64,000 nt of DNA from NCBI GenBank assembly GCA_018394315.1, contig CP074575.1, positions 1,520,615 through 1,584,614 of the forward strand, given 5' to 3'. Source of the DNA: Mycoplasmatota bacterium. Its GTDB lineage: Bacteria > Bacillota_I > Bacilli_A > MAG-NZ. Made by a program: the position numbers and the translations under genes. Below, piece after piece: positions 53,667 through 63,436 of the stretch (positions are counted from its first letter, which is position 1; every line of letters starts with the position of its first letter). The notes under the pieces are model-generated. The model did not search any database. It was not told the origin of the DNA and saw only the letters and a program-made list of their open reading frames with translations.

Positions 53667-54719
53667 CTAAAAAATATCTAATTTCATTTGTTCTTCAACT
53701 TTAAACTTCTCTACAATTTTAATTCTAATCCATTTGGCACTTCTACCTTTTCCAAGTGGCTTTATTATACCTTCTTCGCGTAACCTTACAAGAGTTCTGT
53801 TTATTGTAGAATCGCTAATGTAAGGATGTAGTCTTCTTATATCATCTTTTTGGAAAACTTCAGGTAACTTGTATATAGTATTTTGAATGCTGTAAGACTT
53901 ATTTAAGTTTTGATCGAACTCGTGATTTTTCACAATTTGTTCTACGTCTGCATATGTTTCTTTAATTGATTTTATAAAGAAACGTATTATATGAAGTGGC
54001 TGAGATAAACCTTCTTCATAACTAAAAGATGCGGCGATTAATGCTGTTCGATAATCCTCAAAGTTATTTATTATATATTCATAAAAACTTACATACTTAA
54101 AGTTATCAAATCCAACCTTTAGTAATAATAACTGAATCAATACTAAACTTGTATATTCATTCATTTCTGCAAAACCTTTTAGATTGTAAAAATCAACAAA
54201 TAATAATATACTTAGTAATAATTTTTCGTATGTATTTTTCTTATATGAATTTGTTGCTTCTATGAACAAGTCATCCAATTCATTTCTTTTATTGATTACT
54301 TTTTGACTATGGAATTTGGTTTTAACCTCAGCTCTTGAGAATCTTACATTGGCAATATTTTTAAATATATGGCTATGAATTGATTGAATTTCATTTGTAG
54401 TAAATTCGAATGTTTCATAATTCTCAAATAAATTTGAGAATACATCCTTCAAATTTAAAATGGTTTTTTCTGAATTGTTCTTAGGGGCTATGCCCTTAGT
54501 AGATAAAGCCCTTAGTCGTGATTCTGGTATTTTTAATTCTAATAACTTCGAAAAGTAAAAGATATCTCTTTCTATTGTTTGCTCAATTATTACTTTAATG
54601 TCCTTTTTTATAATTTTATTATGATTGATTTGTCTACCCTGGTATTTATAAATTTCAGTTAATGAAATAATAATATCATTAGGTATTAACAATCTATCCA
54701 AACTATTGTTCCAACTCAT
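53667..54719 (-). CDS. Fic-family-like protein with degenerate Fic motif and C-terminal winged helix
   Basis: EIYKYQGRQ; DFYNLKGFAEMNEYTS where HPFxDGNGRxxR is expected; ISDSTINRTL..LREEG.I...GKGRSAKW. Confidence 0.7.
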   Translation of the reverse strand: MSWNNSLDRLLIPNDIIISLTEIYKYQGRQINHNKIIKKDIKVIIEQTIERDIFYFSKLLELKIPESRLRALSTKGIAPKNNSEKTILNLKDVFSNLFENYETFEFTTNEIQSIHSHIFKNIANVRFSRAEVKTKFHSQKVINKRNELDDLFIEATNSYKKNTYEKLLLSILLFVDFYNLKGFAEMNEYTSLVLIQLLLLKVGFDNFKYVSFYEYIINNFEDYRTALIAASFSYEEGLSQPLHIIRFFIKSIKETYADVEQIVKNHEFDQNLNKSYSIQNTIYKLPEVFQKDDIRRLHPYISDSTINRTLVRLREEGIIKPLGKGRSAKWIRIKIVEKFKVEEQMKLDIF

Positions 54720-54858
54720 CTTAAAAACTCTCCTTTACGTACTTTATTTACATCTTTTATTAATATTTTGATTATAATTAAGGCGAACACCTCGCTTAAG
54801 TATACATCAATTATAATCATCTATCAATCTATGAGTATAAAAAAAGAAGTGTTAACTT

Positions 54859-57492
54859 CTAGAATAGTTTTTCTTGTTTCACTTCTTCCTTTTTATTGTC
54901 AATTTCTTTAGTTGAATTATTATCTGAAAAGTTATCGTTATCTTCAAACAAATTATCTAGATCTATGTAATCATCAATATACTCTTTTTTTGCTTCTTTC
55001 ACTTCTTCTTGTTCTTCTCTTTCAATTTCTGAAACATTAAACTCCAAAAGTCGATTAATTTTGACAATTCCTGTAGGTTCTCCATTTGAATCATTAAGAT
55101 ATTTTTTCCCATTAATTGATGTTGGATATTTAATTGAATATGCTTCAACTTCTTTATTTGATATACTAGCTAACAGCATAATAGGAATGTTACCTTTGTA
55201 TTCTGTTTTTGTTAGTTTAATTGCAGATACAATATCATGAGTGTTCTTTTTGTTTGAAGTAAGTTGAATAGGTTTTCTGTTTCTTGTAAGTAAATCTAAT
55301 TTATTCACTGCAGTTCGGATGACATTTCCCTTTTTAGATAATAGAATAGTATCATCATTCTCATTTGCAAACATTGAAAATACAACTTTATCATTAGCTC
55401 GATTTTTTAAATTGATACTACTAACTCCTAATGCATTAGTACTTAATAAACTTATATCGGTTGAATGATATCTTATAGCTGCACCTTCAGAACTATAGAC
55501 AACTATGTCTTGCTCACTTGTACCGAAATCTACACTAACAACCTCATCTGTTTTTTTGAGTTTTATTGCTTTCAACTTTTTATTATATCTTTGTACTTCG
55601 AACTCATATAATTTAGTTTTCTTTATCATTCCGTTTTTAGTTCCAATAAGTACATCAATGTCTAAATTGAAGTTTTTAACTAATATAGAATTGATTACAT
55701 GTTCATCATTATCAATTAATACTAGATTGCTAATGTGAGTTCCGACTTCTTTCCATTTAAACTCACTTATTTTAAAAACAGGTAAATAGATATAATTTCC
55801 TTTGTTAGTAAACAGTAACATCGTATCAAGCGTACTAGCTTCATAAATTGCTTTTAAGACATCCTTTTCTTTTAATCCGCAATTCTCTTCACCGGAAGCG
55901 TTATAACTTCTTAGACTTGATCTTTTTAAATATCCATCATTTGATAATGCAACAATTACCTCTTCTTCAGGTATTAATTCCATTTCATTTATTTTAATTT
56001 CAGATAACTCTTCTTCGATTAAAGACTTTCTATCTGTCGCTAGATTATCTTTAATAATTGATAACTCATCAATAATTACTCGTTTTAGTTCTTCTTCACT
56101 AGAAAGTATTTTCTTAAGTTTAGTTATCTCATTATTAAGATTTCGTTTCTCACTTCTTAAATCTTTTATATCCGTATTGGACAATCTATATAGTTGTAAA
56201 GTTACAATGGCTTCAGCTTGTATTTCAGAGAACTCATATTTTTCAATAATCATCTCTTTAGCGTTTGCTTTATTTTTACTGTCTCTAATTGTTTGAATTA
56301 CTTGATCCAAAATATCTACCATTCTAATAAGTCCATCAACTATATGTAGTCTTTTCTTTACTCTTGTTAGTTCAAAGTTAGATTTATTTGTGATTACATC
56401 TTTTTGATGATTTATATAAGCGTCTAGTATTTCTATTAATCCCATTAGTACTGGTCGCTTATTGTGAATCGCTACCATATTAAACGAATAATTTCTTTGT
56501 AAATCAGTTGTTTTATATAAGTAGTTAATAATTAAATTAGGATCATTATCTTTTTTCACATCAATGACTATTCTTAATCCTTCCCGGTCCGACTCGTCTC
56601 TTACTTCAACCATTCCAGGTATTTTCTTTGCTAGTCTTAGTTCTTCTATTTTTCGAACCAGTACCGCCTTATTTATCTCATAAGGAATTTGAGTAATAAT
56701 CAATTGGTTTTTAACTACTTCTACTAGAGCTCTTATTCTAACTTTACCTTTACCTGTTTGATAAGCATTCTTAATTCCAGCTAGCCCTTGAATTATTCCT
56801 CCTGTAGGAAAATCAGGACCCTTTATAAATTCCATAATATCATTTAATGTTGAATAAGGATTATTAATACGGTATATAGTTCCATCAATTATTTCTCCTA
56901 AATTGTGAGGAGGTATATCTGTAGCGTAACCACTAGAAATTCCTGTTGCACCATTAACTAATAGATTGGGAAATTTACTTGGAAGAACGATTGGTTCATA
57001 TTCTTCATCATCAAAATTAGGTATAAAGTCTACAGTGTTTTTATTAATGTCTTTTAATAATTCTTCAGCAATAACAGATAGTCGTGCTTCAGTATAACGC
57101 ATTGCTGCAGCACTATCTCCGTCTATTGATCCGTTGTTACCATGCATATCGATAAGCAACATATTTGTTTTCCAGTTTTGAGATAATCTAATCATTGCAT
57201 CATATATTGAGCTATCACCATGAGGATGATATTTCCCCATAACTTCTCCTACAATTCTAGCTGACTTTTTATATGGTTTATTTGCGAACATTCCCATTTT
57301 ATACATACCATATAATATTCTTCTTTGTACGGGCTTTAAACCATCCTTAACATTAGGTAAAGCTCGATCTTGAATAATGTATTTAGAGTAAGTCCCAAAT
57401 CTCTCAGAAACGATAGTTTCTAATTTTTCCCCAATAATCTTCTCATTTATAAATTTATTCAGTTTTTCCGAAATGCTTTTTCTTCTTGCCAT
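54859..57492 (-). CDS. parC: DNA topoisomerase IV subunit A
   Basis: YSKYIIQDRALP, DGLKPVQRR, YHPHGDSSIY, AAMRYTE; follows parE. Confidence 0.95.
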   Translation of the reverse strand: MARRKSISEKLNKFINEKIIGEKLETIVSERFGTYSKYIIQDRALPNVKDGLKPVQRRILYGMYKMGMFANKPYKKSARIVGEVMGKYHPHGDSSIYDAMIRLSQNWKTNMLLIDMHGNNGSIDGDSAAAMRYTEARLSVIAEELLKDINKNTVDFIPNFDDEEYEPIVLPSKFPNLLVNGATGISSGYATDIPPHNLGEIIDGTIYRINNPYSTLNDIMEFIKGPDFPTGGIIQGLAGIKNAYQTGKGKVRIRALVEVVKNQLIITQIPYEINKAVLVRKIEELRLAKKIPGMVEVRDESDREGLRIVIDVKKDNDPNLIINYLYKTTDLQRNYSFNMVAIHNKRPVLMGLIEILDAYINHQKDVITNKSNFELTRVKKRLHIVDGLIRMVDILDQVIQTIRDSKNKANAKEMIIEKYEFSEIQAEAIVTLQLYRLSNTDIKDLRSEKRNLNNEITKLKKILSSEEELKRVIIDELSIIKDNLATDRKSLIEEELSEIKINEMELIPEEEVIVALSNDGYLKRSSLRSYNASGEENCGLKEKDVLKAIYEASTLDTMLLFTNKGNYIYLPVFKISEFKWKEVGTHISNLVLIDNDEHVINSILVKNFNLDIDVLIGTKNGMIKKTKLYEFEVQRYNKKLKAIKLKKTDEVVSVDFGTSEQDIVVYSSEGAAIRYHSTDISLLSTNALGVSSINLKNRANDKVVFSMFANENDDTILLSKKGNVIRTAVNKLDLLTRNRKPIQLTSNKKNTHDIVSAIKLTKTEYKGNIPIMLLASISNKEVEAYSIKYPTSINGKKYLNDSNGEPTGIVKINRLLEFNVSEIEREEQEEVKEAKKEYIDDYIDLDNLFEDNDNFSDNNSTKEIDNKKEEVKQEKLF

Positions 57493-57493
57493 T

Positions 57494-59416
57494 CTATTCA
57501 CCACTGTCTATTAAGAAATCATCTTCATTCGCAAAAGAAATGTTATTCTCAATCCAATCTCTTCTTGGCTCCACTTTATCACCCATTAACGTACTTATTC
57601 TTTGCTCAGCATCAGATATATCTTCTATCTTAACTTGAATTAGTGTTCTAGTCTCAGGGTTCATAGTAGTATCCCATAATTGATCTGCGTTCATCTCGCC
57701 TAAACCTTTAAATCTTTGAATGTTGAATTTCTTATCTTTAACCAGTTTAGATAATTCCTCTTCATTCCATGCATACTTGATTTTATCTTTTCCTTTTTGG
57801 AAAGTTACTTTATACAGTGGTGGCTGCGCTATATATATTTTTCCCGCTTGAATTAATTCTGGCATATATCTAAAAAAGAAGGTTAAAAGTAAAACCTGAA
57901 TATGTGCCCCATCGGTATCTGCATCCGTCATAATTATTATTTTATTGTATTGTGCTAATTTCAAGTCAAAGTCGATTCCAAATCCAGCACCTATTGTATT
58001 AATAATAGTACTTATCTCTTCATTTTTTAATACGTCTTGAATTTTAGCTCTTTCCGAATTGATTACTTTACCTCTTAAAGGTAAAATAGCTTGGAATTTT
58101 CGATCTCTACCTTGCTTTGCAGATCCACCTGCCGAATCTCCTTCGACTAAGAATAATTCTTTTTTTAAAGGATCTTTAGTTTGAGCTGGTGACAGCTTCC
58201 CACTTAAGTTGGTATCTTTCTTACCACGTTTCTTTTCCATACGGGCATCTTCACGTGCTTTTCTAGCAGCATCTCTAGCTTTACGCGCGTTTACTGATTT
58301 AGATATAAGATTATGAGACAACTCAGCATTCTCTTCTAAAAAGTATCTCATTTTATCTAGGAGTACATTATCAACTGCAGTCCTAGCTTCAGGAGTACCT
58401 AATTTAGATTTAGTTTGTCCCTCGAACTGAAGTAAGTGTTCTGGGATTTTAACGGATAATACAGCTGTTAATCCTTCTCTTATATCTACTCCCTCTAGAT
58501 TTAAATCTTTCTCTTTAAGTAATCCTATTTTTCTTCCGTGTTCATTAAAAATCTTTGTTAGACCAGTTTTGAAACCCGTTTCATGTGTTCCACCATCTTT
58601 AGTTCTAACATTGTTCACAAACGATATTAAATTATCAGAATAACTTTTAGTAAATTGAATAGATACTTCTACTTGTATCTCGTTTGAAGTACCTTCAAAA
58701 TAAATTGTATCATGGTATGACTTTTTGTTTTCATTCAAGAAATTGACAAACTCAATGATCCCATTCTCATAATAGAATGTATCTTCTTTTTTATTACGTT
58801 TATCAATTAATTGTATGTTAAGTTTCTTTACTAAAAACGCAGATTGTCTTAATCTATTAGCGATAGTTTCATAATTATATAATGTAGTAGAAAAATATTT
58901 TGGATCTGGTTTGAACCAAATTTTACTTCCTGTCTTTCTAGTCTTACCTATTACTTCTAATTTCGAATCAACTTTGCCGCCATCAACAAATTTTTGTCGA
59001 TAAGTTTTACCATCAACATTAACGGTAACTATAAGCCATTCGCTTAATGCGTTTACAACAGATGCTCCAACTCCGTGTAATCCCCCAGAAATTTTATAAC
59101 CACTACTGCCTCCGAATTTTCCTCCTGCATGAAGTTGTGTGAAAATAACTTCAGTTGTAGGTACTCCAGTTGAATGTAATCCTACAGGTATTCCACGACC
59201 GTTATCTTCTACTTCAATTGAGTTATCTTCATGTATTGTTACTTTTATAGAATTAGCTACATTTATTAAAACCTCATCGATTGAATTATCAACTATTTCC
59301 CACACTAAATGGTGTAATCCACGTGAGTCTGTGGAACCTATATACATACCAGGTCTTTTTCTTACAGCATCAAGACCTTCTAATATTTGTATTGAATCAG
59401 CATTATATTTAGTCAT
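57494..59416 (-). CDS. parE: DNA topoisomerase IV subunit B
   Basis: VRKRPGMYIG, EGDSAGG, PLRGK, DADTDG, VEPRR; divergent from plsY. Confidence 0.95.
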   Translation of the reverse strand: MTKYNADSIQILEGLDAVRKRPGMYIGSTDSRGLHHLVWEIVDNSIDEVLINVANSIKVTIHEDNSIEVEDNGRGIPVGLHSTGVPTTEVIFTQLHAGGKFGGSSGYKISGGLHGVGASVVNALSEWLIVTVNVDGKTYRQKFVDGGKVDSKLEVIGKTRKTGSKIWFKPDPKYFSTTLYNYETIANRLRQSAFLVKKLNIQLIDKRNKKEDTFYYENGIIEFVNFLNENKKSYHDTIYFEGTSNEIQVEVSIQFTKSYSDNLISFVNNVRTKDGGTHETGFKTGLTKIFNEHGRKIGLLKEKDLNLEGVDIREGLTAVLSVKIPEHLLQFEGQTKSKLGTPEARTAVDNVLLDKMRYFLEENAELSHNLISKSVNARKARDAARKAREDARMEKKRGKKDTNLSGKLSPAQTKDPLKKELFLVEGDSAGGSAKQGRDRKFQAILPLRGKVINSERAKIQDVLKNEEISTIINTIGAGFGIDFDLKLAQYNKIIIMTDADTDGAHIQVLLLTFFFRYMPELIQAGKIYIAQPPLYKVTFQKGKDKIKYAWNEEELSKLVKDKKFNIQRFKGLGEMNADQLWDTTMNPETRTLIQVKIEDISDAEQRISTLMGDKVEPRRDWIENNISFANEDDFLIDSGE

Positions 59417-59490
59417 ATCTTCACTTCCTTTTGCATATTTACTTTATGAATAATTATGTTAAAATTATAACTATGAAATGAGGTGTTAAT

Positions 59491-60087
59491 TTGAATGAAT
59501 TTATATGGATTATTATAGCATACTTACTTGGCTCAATTCCATTTTCGTTAATAATAGGTATGATATTTAAAAAAATTGATATAAGGAACCATGGGAGTGG
59601 TAACCTGGGTGGAACTAATGCAGTAAGAGTTTTAGGTGCGAAATACGGTGTTCCAGCTGGATTACTTGATATTAGTAAAGCATTGATTGTAGTTTATTTA
59701 GCTTCAAGTGGAAATATCGATTTTGGTTATTCTCCAATATATTTAGGAGTTGCAGCAACAATTGGACATTGCTACCCGTTATTTGCAAAATTTAGAGGTG
59801 GGAAAGCTGTGTCTACTACAATGGGTACTTTATTAGGATTCTCTCCGGTTATAGGAATGGTCGCGATAGTAATCGCAATTATTGTAATACTGGTTTCAAA
59901 GTATGTTTCTGTTGGTTCTACAGTTTTAGGTTTATCAGCATTATTAATAATGATCTTTAATCCGAATTACTATAGTTCAGTTATCGCATGTTCAATACTA
60001 TTTGTGTTTATAATTTATAGACATATTCCAAATTATAAGAGATTAGCAAATGGAACAGAAAACAAACTGAGTTTTGGTAAAAATTAA
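59491..60087 (+). CDS. plsY: Glycerol-3-phosphate acyltransferase
   Basis: GSIP, GSGNLGGTN, GHCYP, FRGGKAV, RHIPN. Confidence 0.96.
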   Translation: MNEFIWIIIAYLLGSIPFSLIIGMIFKKIDIRNHGSGNLGGTNAVRVLGAKYGVPAGLLDISKALIVVYLASSGNIDFGYSPIYLGVAATIGHCYPLFAKFRGGKAVSTTMGTLLGFSPVIGMVAIVIAIIVILVSKYVSVGSTVLGLSALLIMIFNPNYYSSVIACSILFVFIIYRHIPNYKRLANGTENKLSFGKN

Positions 60088-60117
60088 AAACCTCTAGAGT
60101 TTCCTCTATGAGGTTTT

Positions 60118-60339
60118 TTATTTTTGTAAATTCATACTAGCCATTACTTGTCTAACTTGTTTTTCAGAAGGTTTTCTACCCATCTGAGAAAACATGGCTC
60201 TAACCATCTTTTCAGTCATTGGGGGATTCTCAGCAAGATACTTTTTCGTATATCTTTGTGAAAAGTAAAATCCTAACGCCCCTCCAACTAATAATGTAAC
60301 AACTATTATTACAATAAATAGCCATATTTCTATATTCAT
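60118..60339 (-). CDS. YneF (UPF0154) family protein
   Basis: TM helix then NPPMTEKMVRAMFSQMGRKPSEK. Confidence 0.93.
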   Translation of the reverse strand: MNIEIWLFIVIIVVTLLVGGALGFYFSQRYTKKYLAENPPMTEKMVRAMFSQMGRKPSEKQVRQVMASMNLQK

Positions 60340-60553
60340 AATATCACTCCTTAACCATATTAATTTTATACTATTGATTAAGTTATTTCAAGGTATATTA
60401 AGGTATAATCACTATTTACAGTTTATTTCTATTTCAACAATTTTAAGACTAAAAATGTAATTATTTATAACTTTCAAAAATTTGTAAAAAAATGGTTTAC
60501 AAATGAATACTTTGTGATAAAATAAGGTAGAAATTATAAAAGGAGGTACTCAT

Positions 60554-60721
60554 ATGCCAAGATTTATTAATGATGATTGTATCGCTTGTGGTGCATGTCA
60601 AGCTGAATGTCCAGTTGATTGTATCGCTGAAGGGGATATCTTTGTTATCGATGAAGATGTATGTACTGATTGCGGTGCATGTGAAGAGGTTTGTCCAACT
60701 GATGCAATAAATGAAAGATAA
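60554..60721 (+). CDS. Clostridial-type 2[4Fe-4S] ferredoxin, 55 aa (not in ORF track)
   Basis: RBS AGGAGG; CIACGACQAECP and CTDCGACEEVCP. Confidence 0.97.
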   Translation: MPRFINDDCIACGACQAECPVDCIAEGDIFVIDEDVCTDCGACEEVCPTDAINER

Positions 60722-60787
60722 TTTTTAATTTTAAGAAATTAATTCCCACTGGGAATTTTTTTTATTTTCTTAATAAAAGTATAAGTA

Positions 60788-61375
60788 TTAAACCTTTAAA
60801 TAGATCCTATTTTTTTCTACTTTAATTTTCCCCTCATTAGATAACGAAGTTAGCTTTCTACTTAAGGTCTCTCTTCTTAACCCGATAAAACTTGCTAAAT
60901 CAGTCTTACTGAATGGTAAATCAACAAATTTGTTTTTTCCAATACATTTACCAAATCGTTCATACAACTCATTCAAAGCTATCAAAATTCTTTCTTCGAT
61001 TTCTGAAGTATTAGCTAAATAGTTTTTAAAATTCATTAACTTTCTAGAAGTAAAGTTAATATAGTTTTTCAAAACATTCTTATCTTGTAAAGCTTCATAC
61101 ATTTGTTCGACTGTTACTTTGACTAGTTTTACATCACTAAGAGCAATACAACTAAGGTTATATTCTGTATCATCCCCAAACATTAAAGTTACAGCTAAAT
61201 AATCATTGTCAGTTAATATATCAACTATTTTTTCATTTCCGTCTTCTGTATATTTAAAGACCTTAACAACACCTTCTAAGACGCAATATACATATTGGAT
61301 TTTATGAAAGTCTCTAAATACAATTCCATTCTTTTTTATGTCTATAATCATTTCATCTTTATGTAAGTACATCAT
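60788..61375 (-). CDS. Crp/Fnr family transcriptional regulator
   Basis: EGVVKVFK...GNEKI; HTH DLASFIGLRRETLSR. Confidence 0.92.
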   Translation of the reverse strand: MMYLHKDEMIIDIKKNGIVFRDFHKIQYVYCVLEGVVKVFKYTEDGNEKIVDILTDNDYLAVTLMFGDDTEYNLSCIALSDVKLVKVTVEQMYEALQDKNVLKNYINFTSRKLMNFKNYLANTSEIEERILIALNELYERFGKCIGKNKFVDLPFSKTDLASFIGLRRETLSRKLTSLSNEGKIKVEKNRIYLKV

Positions 61376-61487
61376 ATCTATCCTTTTCTTTTATTCTTTG
61401 TTATTTATAATATAATTACTTATTCTAATTGTAGCACAAAGATTTATCAGGATATAATTAATACTAAAAAAGATGTCATAAGACATC

Positions 61488-61727
61488 TTAATAACTTATT
61501 CCTGCTGGCATAACTTTACTTGGGTCATGACTTGAACATGGAGTAACTCCATAAACCATTCCACACTTAGGACACTTAGCTTCAAATGTTTCCATTTCGA
61601 AAGTCTCACCACACTCGCATTGAATATCGTGTGCCATTGGCAACATACCTTCACTGAATCCCATCATTCTTACTTTATCTACCATTTGCTTTCCATTCTC
61701 AAATGATCCGCTACATCCTTCATGCAT
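61488..61727 (-). CDS. Small Cys/His-rich zinc-ribbon-like protein
   Basis: MHEGC..CECG..CPKCG..TPC; RBS GGAGG; overlaps the upstream stop. Confidence 0.8.
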   Translation of the reverse strand: MHEGCSGSFENGKQMVDKVRMMGFSEGMLPMAHDIQCECGETFEMETFEAKCPKCGMVYGVTPCSSHDPSKVMPAGISY

Positions 61728-62742
61728 TTTCTATTTCCTCCTCGAATTCTAATTTCTTTCCATAACGTAATTTGTTACGCATATTAAACATTATCTTATC
61801 CAGTTTCTCTAGCTTATGTAAAATATTACGTTCTTCGTCTGAAGTGTCAACTATCTTATCTATTCCCCCATTATTAATTATTATCCTCTTATCACCCATT
61901 AATGCTAAGATGGGGTCATGCGTAGACATTAGAACTATTTTTTCTTCACTAACTAAAAGTTCTAATGCTTTTTTTCTGTCAATTCCGGCATTCTCTATTT
62001 CATCAATAAGAACAATTGGCGACTTTGATAAAATTGCAGTATCAGCAATCATCAACGCCCTTGATTGACCACCACTTAAAGATGTGATAGGTGTATCTAG
62101 TTTAAATGTTTCTCCGGCTAAATCATTAGCTTTATCAAAGATATTTTTAATAATGTCATCCTTATTTTCAACTAGTCTACTACTTGCATGTAAATCTAGA
62201 AACTCTTCAACTGTTAAATCCATAACGAAATTCATGTTCTGTGATAGTTGTGCTACTAGTTTATTACTAGCAGAAAATCTCTCTTTCGTTTCTAAAGTTT
62301 TCCCGTTTATTAATACAGTTCTCTTAGTCGGGGTATCTTTATTAGCTGCCCATTCAATATCAGCTAGTAATCTACTTTTACCACTTCCTGTTGGACCTAC
62401 AATACAAATAATCTCGCCACTTTTAATTTCTAGTTCGTCATAATTTTCTTTGGAACCATCTTTATAGAACCCTGGTAAGATTGTAATATTATGTGCTTCA
62501 ATAGCTTCATCAGTATAGAAACTTTTCATCATTTCAATATATTCAAGTAAATGAACTTTAAATACTTCTATATTAATAGCACGATCTTCAATTATATCTT
62601 CATCAATATTTTCCAATGCTTCATCAATAGTTAAATGTTCTAATCCTTCTATCGGAATAAAGTTTTCAGAGAAGAAATCTCTAGCGTATGGATAATTATT
62701 AAAAAGTTCAAGTATAGTTAATTCTTTAAAATTAATTTGCAT
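61720..62742 (-). CDS. ABC-type ATPase with extra N-terminal helical domain
   Basis: GPTGSGKS, LSGGQ, VLIDE, STH. Confidence 0.9.
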   Translation of the reverse strand: MQINFKELTILELFNNYPYARDFFSENFIPIEGLEHLTIDEALENIDEDIIEDRAINIEVFKVHLLEYIEMMKSFYTDEAIEAHNITILPGFYKDGSKENYDELEIKSGEIICIVGPTGSGKSRLLADIEWAANKDTPTKRTVLINGKTLETKERFSASNKLVAQLSQNMNFVMDLTVEEFLDLHASSRLVENKDDIIKNIFDKANDLAGETFKLDTPITSLSGGQSRALMIADTAILSKSPIVLIDEIENAGIDRKKALELLVSEEKIVLMSTHDPILALMGDKRIIINNGGIDKIVDTSDEERNILHKLEKLDKIMFNMRNKLRYGKKLEFEEEIENA

Positions 62743-63436
62743 TATAATTACCTAAATCTATCTTTCTCACATTACCTAACTGATGTGCCTTACCAATCCT
62801 AGTTTCACCAGTACAGTATGAGCATAAAGCACTAGGCATTGAGAATCTTAGTTTAGATCCCTCTAAAGTTTTAATGTTTGCCTTTTCATCATATATTAAA
62901 GTTGATAACTCATATGCACCTTGACCATTCAATCCATTAATATGCATTATCGTAGCTTTTGGATTAACACTTTGAACTTTCATTGCGAATACTTCTCTTT
63001 CTGCTTGAGATACAATATCACCTTTTGTGATAACTACAATATCAGCTGATTTTAGCATTGGCCCTATTTTCTTTGGAGTATTAATCCCACTTAAATTATC
63101 AATTACACATATCGCCTTAATCTCTTTTACATAAGGTGAACACCTATTACATAATCCAGCACTTTCTGTAATTAATAGGTCTAAGCCTTTTGCTTGTCCC
63201 CATTGAACTACTTCTTCAACATTAGATATAAAATAGTGATCAGGACATAAAGAGCCACTCAATCCTTTTTTTACTGGTACACCTATTTTTTCATATAATA
63301 TGTCATCATCTGTATATAGACAATCAAACTTGACAACACCAACTTTGACTCCACGCCTAATAAGGTTATCAATAGTTTTAATTATTACAGAAGTTTTACC
63401 ACTTGAAGGTGGCCCAGATATTGTTATAAAATCCAT
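62732..63436 (-). CDS. HypB/UreG (G3E) family GTPase
   Basis: GPPSSGKT, LCPDH, ESAGLCNRC, TKGD, CSYC. Confidence 0.88.
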   Translation of the reverse strand: MDFITISGPPSSGKTSVIIKTIDNLIRRGVKVGVVKFDCLYTDDDILYEKIGVPVKKGLSGSLCPDHYFISNVEEVVQWGQAKGLDLLITESAGLCNRCSPYVKEIKAICVIDNLSGINTPKKIGPMLKSADIVVITKGDIVSQAEREVFAMKVQSVNPKATIMHINGLNGQGAYELSTLIYDEKANIKTLEGSKLRFSMPSALCSYCTGETRIGKAHQLGNVRKIDLGNYNAN

